A stretch of DNA of 64,000 bases, taken from the NCBI RefSeq assembly GCF_009914755.1, contig NC_060926.1; one strand, given 5' to 3'. This document shows, in pieces, positions 46,468 through 63,099 of the stretch. Within the stretch, counting starts at the first letter, position 1, and each line of letters begins with the position of its first letter. The position numbers and the translations under genes were made by a program. The DNA is from the human T2T-CHM13v2.0 reference genome, Homo sapiens. The notes below the pieces were generated by a model, which saw only the letters and a program-made list of their open reading frames with translations, searched no databases and was not told the DNA's origin.

Positions 46468-48119
46468 ATTCATAAACAAGTATGGAATGCTTGAGAGAAA
46501 CAAAATCCAAGTATTATTTGGTAATTTATATACAGTATTTGTAATGCCTGAGAATTTATTCTAAAGTGACAGCTTTGTAAGAGCAAAGTAAATGTCAGTA
46601 ATTAATTTAGGCTCTTTTAAAAAGTTGAAATCTTGCTAAATGCTGAAACACCTAAGAGAACTTTGGACTCAAATTAAGGAAAGCATGTGTTAAACACAGC
46701 TTAAATTGCTGGAAAATGCGTAAGTTACTGGCAATTATAACTCAAAATAGCTAGACCTGTAAACAAAATTTAAAAACTGGACTTAAATCCTCAAGAACCA
46801 GGTTTCTGAAATAAAATTTTATTTTTAAGATTATCGTAAACCTTTTCTGCATACAAAAACTGCCCTCATGCACACCAAGAAAATTCTACACAATGCAATT
46901 TCACCAAAAATCGGAATTTTAAAGAAATTCTTGCAGCACGGAAAATGCCATCATTTTTATTCATAATGATTGAGCAAATGAAGTAAATCATTGTTTAAAA
47001 GGAGGCTAGGAAGAGAAACAAGTTGAAAATACTCATTTTTGTTTTTTTTTTTTTATTTACAGGATTCCTTAAGTCATCTTCCAATACTCCAGGTCACATG
47101 GTGAAGAGTCACCTGTTAAACACGAAATCTAACCATTAAACAAGCTTTTAAAATCCTTCGGTAACTCCCTTTATTAAAATTGTTTTCTTGACATAGAGTA
47201 CCTTTACAGGTATTACATTTCTCTTCACCGTTTACAAGCATTTTTCTCATGTTTTCCTTCACCAAAACATCTGCCCCGTTTTCTCAACAAGTAAAAATCT
47301 CAAAGTACTAAGTCCTAACATGATGTCTTATTGCACCTAATATGCTGGCAATACATTCCTCTCTTCAAAAGTTTACGTATGTTAGAATAAAAAGCTAAGT
47401 TAAGTAGGTTTTCTCTGGCTGTGTTTTCAGAAACAACACTAACTTTTACACGTGTTTGGGCATGAAACTTTAAACATTTTCCCCAAAACCTGACCCAATT
47501 CAGATACAAAACTACTGCTCAAATAGTAGAAGCCGCTAATCTTGTCTTTGGTTTTAATTTACATATTTTTCTGAATATCGAAATCCGTTCCTATAACCTA
47601 AACAAGGCGAATCCAAGTCACTGCTTCATACCCACATCTGTCCACGGCAAGCTTTTCCCGGACACACTCGGGCCTTTGAAAATGCCCACACTTGTTTTCA
47701 TAAACCCACTCCTTCCTCTTCACCCACTTGCAATCCGCATGCTTCTCTGGGGCCACCCGGCCTCTCCCCTCTTTCCGAACCCTAGGGCCGACAGCTCGGT
47801 CTCTAACCTCCAGCGCGCCGAATCGGAGGGAGAACCGGGTCGGCGCCCCACGCCCCCGAGGCGGCGGCCCCGCAGAGGGAAGGAAGCGGGAAAGCGGCCG
47901 GCGCGGCGCCCCCTCCCCCGCACGCGCACACCCCCTTCCGGCACCCCTCCCCCTGCATTGTGCGAGCGGGCCCCAGGCCGCACCGGCCCGGGCACTCAGC
48001 AGGCCCTATCCGCCCTCCCGCTGGCGATCGGCTCCCGCCGAGGCCGCCGCACAAAGCCTGGGGAGCCATCCTCGACGGCGCCAAAGGACCGGAGAAAGAG
48101 CGAACGCGGACTGACTTAC

Positions 48120-48365
48120 AGGGCTGCTGCGGCCGCGCTGCCTCAGCCGGGGACACCGACCGTTGGGCACACGGCGGCGTCGCTCTTGGCGGTCCTCCCC
48201 CTCCTCCGCCTTCGGTGGCGGCAATGTCTTCTTTCTCCACCTACCACCCTCCCCCCCCACCCCACCTCCTCCTTCTCCTCCCCCTCCTCCTCCGAACCAC
48301 CGAAGTACCGAGGGTGAGACACAGAGACTCACAACAACATGGCTGCCACCGCCGCCTGCCCTCCC
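48120..48365 (-). other. PUM2: PUM2 exon 1 (non-coding 5'UTR); TSS approximate
   Basis: Minus-strand donor CCT|GTAAGT at 48120/48119 inside the CpG island. YY1-type motif near the 5' end. The next exon (24910) carries the start codon. The 5' boundary is inferred, not seen. Confidence 0.8.
48336..48347 (+). promoter_or_regulatory. YY1-type motif AACATGGCTGCC
   Basis: Matches AANATGGCNGC, typical just downstream of CpG-island TSSs. It coincides with the uAUG of exon 1. Confidence 0.55.
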
Positions 48366-48498
48366 CTCCCCCCCGCCCACCGGGCGCGCGCAGTGCACCC
48401 CGGGAGAAAGGGGAGGGGGAGCGCTCACCAAGGCGCGGCTCCTTTTAATGCCTTGCGTCCCTGCTCCCGCGCTGCCGCCGCGCGGGCCGGGGGCGCCC

Positions 48499-48531
48499 TG
48501 CGCGTGCGCACGTTCTCCGCGCTCTCACGTG
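48499..48531. promoter_or_regulatory. NRF1 site (TGCGCGTGCGCA, 48499-48510) and E-box CACGTG (48526-48531)
   Basis: Direct match to the NRF1 consensus YGCGCAYGCGCR on the minus strand and to the USF/MYC-type E-box, ~140-170 bp upstream of the inferred TSS. Confidence 0.65.
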
Positions 48532-49299
48532 TTTGGCCGCCTCTCCGGCGTGCCCTCCCCCGCCCTCACCTTGCGGGCTCGCGCTTCCCTCCTGGGCTCC
48601 GCCGCGGCGGGCTCGGAGAGCGCAGGCGTACTGTTGCCAAACGCTGTGTTCGACTGTCTTCCCGCGTGGGGCCTCGCCTTCTGAATCTTCTTACCCTCGG
48701 CTTCCTACCCGGTTGCTCACTGTTTTCCCCCAACTGGGTGTGCGGGTGTCTGCGCCCGCGCCGCCCACCGTGGGGTACTCCTGGCATTTCGCTTCCAGAG
48801 TGCTGGCGCCCACAAGAGCCGGACGTTAATTCAGGCCTTTAACTTTCACTCTGTACCTCCCCACAACCAGACGAGGGAGATGCATCTGGGGGTGGAAGAT
48901 TGTACCCTGCGAGAGGGCTGTCACTCTTCTCGTGGTTGCACCCCAGGCAGGTGGAGCCAGCTCTCAGCAAATTGTCGGCCCCCAGTGCTTGGTCCCGGTG
49001 CACACAAAGGAAACTCAGGTCGTTCTCCAGCTGGGCCAGTGATTCTCACTCGTTGGCTGTTTCTTTTTCTCGCGTACTAAGCGCTCTCTCCTTCCCCGTT
49101 TACAGGCTAGTTGGAAACTCCAAATCTGCCTTGCTGTCCTGGACCCCCATGCAAAGCAGTGGTGATTCCAGGATTCTAACCTAACCGGCTCCAGGTCACA
49201 CAGCTGTAACAGGCACCGTGTCCGATTTGTTCTTGATGGTTTGTTTGCACAGCTCCTGGCTCTCCTGACATGCTGCACTTCGTAAATATTCAGGGCCTC

Positions 49300-49965
49300 C
49301 CGTATAGTTTGCTTAATATATGTCTTCCCTAGGCGACTGTGAGCTCCACGAGGGCAAGGACCTTGTGTTTTGTTTCACACTGTGCCCGCAAGTGCCTGTT
49401 GAATACACATGGGCTCTTCGGTTTTTAACTATTACTGAAAAATGTCTGACATTGAAATCCATCCCAAGCCCCTACCTTAGGCTCATATTTCAGGCTTCTA
49501 GATATTTTCACTTGAATTTTCTTGTCACCAAGCATGTTAAAAACTGAAGTCACACCCATCCCCTACCCCCCACTCTTGTACTGTCTCTGTAATTGGCAGT
49601 GTCACCACCTATTCATTCCCCAAATTACACCTCTGAGAACCATCCTTGTCTCTTCCTCTTACCCCGACTCCAAATATAAATAACTTACCAAGCCTCGCAG
49701 ATTTTTACTTCCCAAGTAATTCTGGAGACAGTCTTCCTCTGCCTCCTCACTAATGCTAGCCTTGCTTCCCAGGTCTGGATTTCTGTAGCTGGCTCTTAAT
49801 CAGCTTTCCTGTCTCCAGTCTCACTCCCTCCAATCAGTTCTGCTCACTGCTATCTAAAATGCAAATCCAATTCCTGGCGCTCAGGCCTCTGCTTCAACCA
49901 TCTCATTGCTCCCCATCACCCACGACAGCATTTCCCTAGTGTGCTGTGTTCAGTGTTAATAGATG
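49300..49965 (+). mobile_element. L2 remnants upstream of the promoter
   Basis: L2 3'-end text (gactgtgagctccacgagggcaaggacc...; gtgctgtgttcagtgttaatagatgtt). Confidence 0.65.
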
Positions 49966-51797
49966 TTCCTTTAAGAAATGTCTCACGATCAAGTAAGAAT
50001 GGGAGATGCTGGGGTGTACACATTTTGCCTTCCTTCTCCTTTCCCCTCCGTTGAGCTGATAATAGCAGAAGAGTCTTTATATACAGTTGCTTAGTGTGGG
50101 TGAAACTAGATAAATCCATCACAGGCCCTCCCTTAGAATATGGAATTGGGACTAAGAGACCCCAACCTCGAAAGTCTCTTGGACCTGGGATCCCTTGGGC
50201 AGACTGGTTCCATCCTGTAAGACAGGGAACCTGTAGAGAAAGAGTGGAGTTGAGAGAGAAAAGGAGAGTGCTGACAATGTCTCTCTTTCACATGTTTCTG
50301 TGCCTGGCTGGCTGCCTCTACCCTTGGAGTCTGAGCCGCATTCCTGGATCCTTATGGTAAATTCTGCTTCTTTGCTTAAGCTAGATAAAGTGAATTTCTG
50401 TTACAACCAAGAGTCCTACTAAAAGCCACGTGTAAGCTATAGTTATTTGTTTGGTACTAACAACATGCAAGCACCAAAGCACTTTCCATACATTGTCTCA
50501 TTTAATGTTCCAGATATCCCCATGAACAAGGCCAGCTTCAGCACAGGCACGTGACCTGTGCAGTTGAACAAGGCCTGGGGGGTGCCTAAAAAGATTCTAC
50601 GATTGGTTTAATGCTCTGATGTCACCATCTAGAAAGTCTTAGTGGTTTTTGACAAAAGGGCCCCTCATTTTCATTTTGAACTGAGCTCCACAAATTACCT
50701 ATGAGGTATTATCTCTATGTGACAAAAGGTTTATTTTCTGCCAGACTTATTAGTGCCTTTAAAATCAAAATATGCATTGTAAATATCCAAGTGAGGGACA
50801 TAATATGCAATGTGTCCCAACCAAATTTGACCCTAGAAGACGTTTCTTCGTGGAGAATCTCTTACAGGTTTGGTGCTCTGCAAGACGCAGATTAAAGCCC
50901 CACCCTTTAGTGATCTGCCTATGTCCCTATCTCCTCTGGAGCTCATGATTCCCTATGCACAGTGAGCAGTTTCTTGCTTCTGTGCCTTCACATATGCTTT
51001 GCAATCTGCCATGCTCATTAAGCACTTCTGATTATAATTGGCTTCTCTTTAGATTTACCTACAAGGAAAGAATATACTCCTCAAGCTAATGTAAATATCT
51101 CGTGTGCTTGGTAGTTGAGGTGGACATTGTAATTGACACCCCAACAGCCATTCTCGTCACCTGGGAGCTTGTTAGAAATGCAGAATCTTGGCCCCATGCC
51201 AGATCAGCTTAATCAGAATCTGCATTTTAACAAGATTCCCGGGCAATTCCTATGCACAATAAAGTTTGAGAAACATTAGTAAGCCAATCACAATAATTCC
51301 ACTCCGCTTGCTAGAAACTGGTTCTGTAATGGGCGTGCCTTATCCATTTTGAGCCAGTGAGACACAAAGAGGTGCTAACTCAGAGCTTCTGGAGGAAGAA
51401 AAGCCAGTCCAGTCTCTCTCCCCTGAGTGTAAACAAGAAAACATGTTGCCACAGTTCCCGCTGACAGGCATCTTATGACCACAAGGGAAATCAGACTGCC
51501 AGTAGCCTATCCAGTGTTCTCTCTCCCCTTCTACCTTAACAACTGGTCCTGGTGTGTATGCCCGTATGGACTGGAGGAGGCACAGAATGGAGTGTCTTGA
51601 ATTTCCAGCAACAAGCATTGCGTTTGGGAATGTGTCTCGTTGGCCTGTTGAGTCCAGTGGTTCTCAACCAGAGTTGCACATCAGAATCACCTGGGGAACA
51701 TTTAAAATATATTAATTCCCAAGCCCTACCACCAGAGATTTGGATTTAATGGGTCTTAGCTGAAGCGTGGACATGGGTACTTTTTAAAAGCTCCTTA

Positions 51798-52079
<282 letters not shown>

Positions 52080-52091
52080 TCAAAAACAAAC

Positions 52092-52124
<33 letters not shown>

Positions 52125-52276
52125 AAAAAAACACAACTCCTCAGTAGTTTTAATGTATAGCCATGACTGAGAACCACCAATTTAGACAGATCACATCTTA
52201 GAGCATAAATCTTTGAGCATTTTAATATTCCTTATGCAAATGCTCTTTTCCACTGAGACTGTTTGTGAAACTCCTA

Positions 52277-52504
<228 letters not shown>

Positions 52505-52796
52505 TCATCCCAATTTTAGTATCACAGAAAACTATTCACATTTGGTGAACACCATTATTATAGGCATAAATACAGATTTAAGGATGAACAGAGAAATATG
52601 CAGCTAGAGTAACATTAACAATAATAGGTTCTTTCTCCACATATTATTTTTAAAACAAAGTATTTTTTTAAATACAGTATTGAATTTGTTTTCATTTGAA
52701 TTTGACAAAAGAGAAAAACAGAAGGAACTGATCAGATAACTGTTACTTCATCTCAAGAGAAAATGATTCATAAAACATTTCTCAAAGGCTAAAAAT

Positions 52797-52832
<36 letters not shown>

Positions 52833-53151
52833 AAGTGGGCGTCTTGCTGAGGCTGGAATGCAGTGGCTGAACTGCATAGCTGCGGCCTTGAACTGGAATG
52901 ATTCACATGATCCTTCCACCTCAGCCTCTGTAGTAGCTGAGACTACAGGCATAAGCCACTGTGCTCAACCTCAAAGGGTAAAATTATAAATATCATTAAT
53001 AGGACATTGTAATTTTTCAAACTGTATGTTTCAGTATTGATCAGTGCTGAATTCCTTTCCATTGAAGATAGATTAACAGTCTGACTTTTGCTGAGCGCGG
53101 TGGCTCACGCCTGTAATCCCAGCACTTTGGGAGGCCAAGGCGGGTGGATCA

Positions 53152-53457
<306 letters not shown>

Positions 53458-53986
53458 TCAAAAAATACTTCGTCAGGTTTTATGATATTTACATTCTATT
53501 TTATCCATGATTTCCCTGTTGATTTGTCTTAATTTCAGTATTTAAGTATATTCATTGTTCACTGCTCTATTTCTGACCTGTTCATTTTGATTTGCTTATA
53601 TAGATTTCATCATGTATCAGTTAGCATTTACTTGTGTTACAAACTACCCCCAACGATTATTTGTTTATTCGATCACAACCTGTGGGTTGGTGAATTTGGC
53701 TGGGTTCAACTGGGAGGTTTTGTGGATCTTTCCTGGCTCACTTATGCAATAACAGTCAGCTGGTGGCTTAACTTAATGGTTGAGGTTTGGTGATCAGCCA
53801 AGGCACCTTGTAGTCTCTCCAACAGGCTAGCTCAGGCTTGTTCACATGGTAGCAGACTAAGAATGGAAGCTGCAAGGCCTCTTGAGAGGGCTCAGCTTGG
53901 AACTCAAATAGTATCCCTTCCACCACAATTTATTGGTGAAAACAAATCATGACGCCAGCCCAGATTCAAAAGACTTTATCTTTTGA

Positions 53987-54133
<147 letters not shown>

Positions 54134-54459
54134 TGAGCTCACATATTTGAGACCAGTCTAGGCAACATGGTGAAACCCCATCTGTACAAAAAATACAAAA
54201 AAATTAGCTGGGCATGACGGTGTGCGCCTGTAGTCCCAGCTACTTGGGAGACTGAGATGGCAGGATGGTTTAGCCTGGGAGACAGAGGTTGCAGTGAGCT
54301 GAGATCACACCACTGTGCTCCAGTGGGCGAGAGAGCCAGACCTTGTCTCAAAACAACAACAACAACAAACTAAAAATAAAAATGCTTTCCTCTTTTGTTA
54401 AATAACACCTATCCTCAGGTTTTGCTTTTTTCTTCTTTTATGTATTTCTTTTAATTTTA

Positions 54460-54600
<141 letters not shown>

Positions 54601-54996
54601 TTAAAAGTATTAGCCAGGCATAGTGGCATGCCCCCGTGGTCCCAGACACTCTGGAGGTTGAGGCAGGATGATCACTTGAGTCCAGCAATTCAAGACCAGC
54701 CTGGGCAACATAACGAGATACTGTTCAAAAAAAAAAAATTATAGAAGAAATCTGCAAACTACACCTCTTAACAGCTAGCTCTCTGTTAGGCTCTGCAAAT
54801 AGTGGGCAACTAGAAAAAGATTAGAAGGCAGAAGAAGGCCAGGCACGGTGGCAAAAAGATAGAAGGCAGAAGAAGGCCGGGCGCGGTGGCTCACCCCTGT
54901 AATCCCAGCAATTTGGGAGGCCAAGGTGGGCAGATCACCTGAGGTCGGGAGTTTGAGACCAGCCCCACCAACATGGAGAAACCTGGTCTCTACTAA

Positions 54997-55012
<16 letters not shown>

Positions 55013-55056
<44 letters not shown>

Positions 55057-55115
55057 TAAAAATGTAAAATATATATATAAAATATATATATATATAAAGT
55101 ATATATATAAATATA
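55013..55115. repeat. (TA)n microsatellite / AT-rich expansion in an Alu linker
   Basis: Poly(A) run followed by ~19 TA units and degenerate TA repeats. Confidence 0.95.
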
Positions 55116-55157
55116 AAGCCAGGCATGGTGGTGCATGCCTGTAATCCCAGCTACTCA

Positions 55158-55262
<105 letters not shown>

Positions 55263-56183
55263 TCAAGAAAAAAAAAAAAGAAGGCAGAAGAAAGGAGAAG
55301 TCTTTCGCTCCTTCCTGTTCGCATGTAATTTTTGTCAGAATGACCCCAGAACGGTATGTCAGCCCAACTGCAGCAGCTGGTTCCAGTTTCCAATTTCCCT
55401 TGCATTCTCTGATTAGAATAGAATTAGCCTTGTTTTACCCCCTCAGAGGAATAAGCAGCAGCTGGACCGCACCCCTCCCTAGAGGCCTAAGACCCAGCTC
55501 CACGGGGCCTCTTCTTCGAACTCAGGAGCATCCAGGGTACCCCTTCCTCAGAGGTCCATGTCCCAACTCTTTGGGGCTTCTCTTCTACATAGAAGGTTCA
55601 GATAACATCCACCTCTCTCCTTTATTTCCCTTTATTCCTTTATTTCCCCAGGGGTGGTGGCTGCTTACTGCAGTTACTCACTCTGTGTTACCTCACTAAC
55701 CCTTTTTGTTTTGCCATCTCTTGAGTGCCTATTTAACCAATTCCCTATGTTAAATTCTCTCTGTTGAAATAATCAATGTGGTTTCTGTTTTTCTGACCAG
55801 ACCTTAATCGATGCATCATCTTCTGGAACTTATTTTATTGAAGTCATGTTATTATATTCTTTTCTAGCATCAGCGGTTTCAGAAAATGTGACTTTATGTC
55901 TTTCTGTAAAACATCTTTGCCCATGCCTTGTCAGATTTTCTGCGTCTTCTTTTTTTGTGTTTAAATGAGTTTGTTTTAGATAACATTGTTAGTTCTTACA
56001 TTTTAAACAGATTTATTGAGAGATAATTCACACACTATACAATTTAACGTGTACAATTCTATGGTTTTTAGTATATTCGCAAATATATGCAACCATGACC
56101 ACATTCAATTATAGAATATTTTTATTAATCTTATTTTTGCAATCTTTTATTGAATGGTGCTGCTCCTTGTGGAGCAGGGCTAA

Positions 56184-56456
<273 letters not shown>

Positions 56457-57702
56457 TAGCCAGGATGGTCTCGATCTCCTGACCTCGTGATCCACCCGCC
56501 TCGGCCTCCCAAAGTGCTGGGATTATAGGCATAAGCCACTGCGCCCAGTCCTCTTTCTTTTTTTCTGAGACAAGGTCTTGCTCTGTTGCTCAGGCTGGAC
56601 TGCAGTGGCACAATCGTGGCTCACTGCAGCCTCAACCTCACAGGATCAAGTTATCGTGCTACCTCAGCCTACAGAGTAGCTGGGACTACACTTGTGTACC
56701 ACCATGCCTGGATAATTTCTGCATTATTTTTTAGAGATGGGCTTCCACTATGTTATCTAGGCTGTACTCAAAATCCTGGACTCAAGCTCCGAAACTCCTG
56801 GGATTACAGGCGTGCACTACCACGCTGGCCTGTTTTTATCATCTCGAAAAGAAACCGCATACACTTAGGCTGTCACTCCCTTACCCTTCTACCCCCTAGT
56901 TATCAGCAACCACTAATCTACTGTTTGTCTACATAGATAATTTGCCTATTTGGACATTCTATATGCATGGAATCACATAATATGTGGTTTTATGTGACTG
57001 GCTTCTTTCACTTAGCATAATGTTTTGTTTTGTTTTTAATTTTTTGTTTGTAGAGACAGGGTCTCTCCCTCTGTTGCCCAGGCTGGTCTCAAACTCCTGG
57101 GTTCAAGTGATCCTACTACCTAGGCCTCCCAAAGTGCTGGGATTAAAGGCGCGAGCCACCCCATCTAGCCCACGCTTAGCATAATGTTTTAAAGCTTCAT
57201 CTAGGTGAGAGCATGTATCAGTACTTCTTTTTTATAGCCAAATTATATTTCATTGTATGGATATACCACATTTTGTTTATCTATTCATCAGTTGATGCAC
57301 ATTTAGGTTGTTTCTACCTTTTGTCAAATATGAATAATGCTAATATAAACCTTTGTGTATGAGTTTTTTTACGGAGGGCCTTTGTTCTCAGTTGTAGTTT
57401 CAGACTGGGTTCTCTGCCTTTTATGTGATGTGTTTCTTCTTTGCTGCCTGTAGTATGTTTGCCTAATGGAAAGGTCACTGTTTTTTTCTTTTTTCTTTTT
57501 TTCCTTCTCAAAGTTATCATGGGCAGACCTAGAACATTTTCTTGGACTTTAGTGCAACTGAAATCTTTTTGATAGCTTTCTCATTCATTTGAGACCAATG
57601 TATCTTCCCTTCAGAGCTATAGTTTGAGTACTGGGTACAGTTCTGCGTAGAGTCACTTCTCTGTAGTCTGAGAAAACCATAGTGCGGGAGGGAAGGAGCT
57701 TA

Positions 57703-57900
<198 letters not shown>

Positions 57901-58414
57901 TTAGTGGGGCCGTGGTGATGTGCACCTGTAGTCCCAGCTACCTGGGGGGCTAAGGCAGGAGGATCACTTGAGCCCAGGAGGTCGAGGCTGCAGTGAGCCG
58001 AGATTGTGCTACTTTACTCCAGCCAGGGTGACAAAGTAAGACTCTGTCTTCCAATCATGGGTCTTTCCTACTTCCATGAGCTTCAGCTTATTGTGTTGAC
58101 TAAGAGTGCCCTGGAAGATGGCAAGCTAGGAGGACTGCTTTTCTTCCTGGCTTATCCTGTCATAGCAGCCAAGTCTGTTAAGAGTCCTAGCTCAGTGCTG
58201 GAATCAAGCAAGAGCTCTGAAGCAGCCTCCGTAAGCTACTGTAAGCCTCCTTCTCTTCCAGGACAGAATCCAATTTCTTAAGCAATTGTGGAGGCATGGT
58301 TTATATCAACTTCTCATTTTCAAAATTATGAGGAAATTTCTTAGTGTTCATAGTTTGATGAACTTACATAACACTAAATAATACCTTGCTCTTCGAGTGG
58401 AACACTTAGTCTCA

Positions 58415-58751
<337 letters not shown>

Positions 58752-59061
58752 CTATTATTTCCAGTCTTGAAGGTTCTGCAATTTTCTTGCATCATTCTCA
58801 TCGTATTTTAAGGAAAAACATGGCTCATGCAGGTTTGAATCCCACTGCATCGCCCAAATGCCTGTACAGAATAAACACTCCACTTAGCTAAGTATTGACT
58901 ACCTATTGTTCTTGCATGAAAGGCAATAAAACAATAGGGATCTGGATTTCAGTATGTTTTGGGTTCTGGGAATAATTGTAGTTTAGAAAAATTGTGATGT
59001 CTTGAATTCTCTAAATGTTTGTGCACGAGGCCAGTGCTCTTATAATCTTAACCTGTTGGCG

Positions 59062-59783
<722 letters not shown>

Positions 59784-61402
59784 CCCCTGAAGATGGAGCC
59801 AACTGATTATCAGAGGGAGAGCCAGAGGCATTTTCCTAAACATGAACATGCCTAGATAGGATAGAGTTCTCCCAGCCTGTTTTGGTTTCCCAGGGAAAAA
59901 ATCTTGGCTACTCCTCACACTTGGACATAATAGGAGGGCTTTCCTTGGCTCAAAATAAGAAAAGTAGACCAGTCACAGTGGTTCACGTCTGTAATCCCAG
60001 CACTTTGGGAGGCTGAGGTGGGTGGATCACCTGAGGTCAGGAGTTCAAGACCAGCCTGGCCAACATGGCAAAACACTGTCTCTACTAAAAATACAAAAAT
60101 TAGCCAGGCATGGTGGCGAGCACCTGTAATCCCAGCTACTCAGGAGGCTGAGGCAGGAGAATCACTCTAACTCAGGAGGCAGAGGTTGCAGTGAGCCGAG
60201 ATCATGCTACTGCACTCCAGCCTGGGTGACGGAGCAAGACTCCATCTCAAAAAAAAAAAAAAAAAAAAGAAAAGAAAAAGAAAAAGAAAAGTGGATCTTA
60301 GAGACCAGGAGATCTGTGACTTTGTCCAATGTCTCTGACTTCAGCAAGGGCAAAACTGGACCAAGAAGCCCTGTACTATTCCAGGCATGCCACACTTCCA
60401 TAATGCCCAGGCCTGACCTGCATACCACGGGGGTGATTCTGAGCCTGTGAGAAGGTGAGTCAGGGAGTCAAATTATGCGAAGAAGTAGCTGGGTGTGGTG
60501 GCATGCACCTGTAGCCCCAGCTACTCAGGAGGCAGAGGTGGGAGGATCTCTTGAGCCCAGAAGTTTGGGGCCAGCCTGGGCAACATAGCAAAGGCCCATC
60601 TCTAAAAACTTAAAATAAAAATATAGGCCTCAAGAAAAAGAAAAGTGGATCTTAGAGACCAGGAGATCTATGACTTTGTCCAATGTCTCTGACTTCAGCA
60701 AGGGCAAAACTGGACCAAGTAGCCCTGTACTATTCCAGGCATGCCATACTTCCATAATGCCCAGGCCTGACCTGCATACCCCGGGGGTGGCTCATGCCTG
60801 TAATTCCAGCACTTTAGGAGGCCGAGGTAGGAGGATCGCTTAAGCCCAGGGGTTTGAGACCAACCTGGGCAACATGGAAAAAATAAAAAATAAAATAAAA
60901 TAAACACAAGTAATTCACCATTTGTTTATGATATCAAGGAAAATCTACTGGTATCTTCTACTTTATAGACTGCCAAGAATGTCAACATTGTGCTGTGGGA
61001 TGAGAAAATGAGAAAAAAATTAATTAAAATAGACTGCCAAGAATGGATATTTTGAAAGCATTTTGTGCTTTCTTATTTTGTCACTAATCCAGGGATGCAT
61101 TGTAACGGAAAGAATATATACAAAATCTTATTGCAAACTTCTTGGTTGTGCCACAGGCTCTGCCTCAGTGTTCACAGTCTGCCGTGTGCAGTGTGTGAGA
61201 ATGACTTCTTAGAGGGGTTTAAGATATCCATCCTGTTGTTGAAGCTCACAAGGAAGGCTGATCCCAGAGACAAATACAGCATGGCAGGGAAAGCAGAACT
61301 ATCCCATCATGTGGCTGGCTGAAACTTGAGCTGACATTCAGCATTTTACAGACATTAGACAAAAACAAATACTCTTTGAAATATGGATGTAAGCAAAAAT
61401 TA

Positions 61403-61801
<399 letters not shown>

Positions 61802-62487
61802 TCAGCACTTTGGGAGGCTGAGGTGGGCCAATCATTTGAGCCTCGGAGTTCAAGACCAGCCTGGGTAACATGGTAAAACTCCATCTCTACAAAAAATACA
61901 AAAAAATTAGCTGGGTGTGGTGGCACACAGCCATAGTCCCAGCTACTCGGGAGGCTGAGGCAGGAGGATCACTTGAGCTTGGGAAGTCAAGGCTGCATTA
62001 AGCTGTGATTGCACCACTGCACTCCAGCCTGGGTGACAGAGTGAGAACCTGTCTCAAAAAAAACAAAAACAAAAGCATTGTAGGGCAAACTTCACCATGT
62101 GAGACAATGTGGGCTCATCAAGGGGTATCTGCAGGCATCCTTGGATGGAGGAAACCCGAGAGGGAAAGACTATACTCTTGATTGCAGTAGTTACGGATTT
62201 TCACCAGCTTACCCATAAGGAGAAACTGGAGCCCAAGAACAAACTCTTCTACACAGAATCTATAATTTATTGTCTGTGAGAATTCAGAGTAAACTGCTTG
62301 TATTAATAGTTCTCATTCCAGGCTATGGGCTTCTCAGGCACCAAGTCCCAAATAAAACCTCAAAGTTTTGCCATTGGAGGTTTTAGAGCCAGATAAATCT
62401 TACTGAACAATTCAGTCAAAAGTCTAGTACATACATTAGTTAAAATGGGTGAGTGACTGGGTGCAGTGGAACACACCTATAATCCTA

Positions 62488-62925
<438 letters not shown>

Positions 62926-63099
62926 CTACGTGCCCATCAGCATGCACATTTGCAGGGTCAGCAACTTCAGTCAACCATGATCCCTGTACCCTGGTCCTTA
63001 GCATGTCCTTTTCTTGGTTCCTGATTTTCGTTTTCTTTTCAGAGAAATGCAAGATGCTGAGTTGAAAGCATTTCCCCATAGTAGCTGCATTCTTCCTAT

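Larger units (their letters stand above)
47720..48830. promoter_or_regulatory. PUM2: CpG island / PUM2 promoter
   Basis: Abrupt GC- and CpG-rich segment in otherwise AT-rich, CpG-depleted DNA. It spans exon 1 and contains multiple GC boxes. Confidence 0.92.

Noticed and set aside
47676-48842. Many long overlapping ORFs (up to 213 aa) on both strands
   Set aside because: Expected stop-codon scarcity in a CpG island. They are low-complexity P/R/G-rich, often start at non-ATG codons, and show no recognisable domain.
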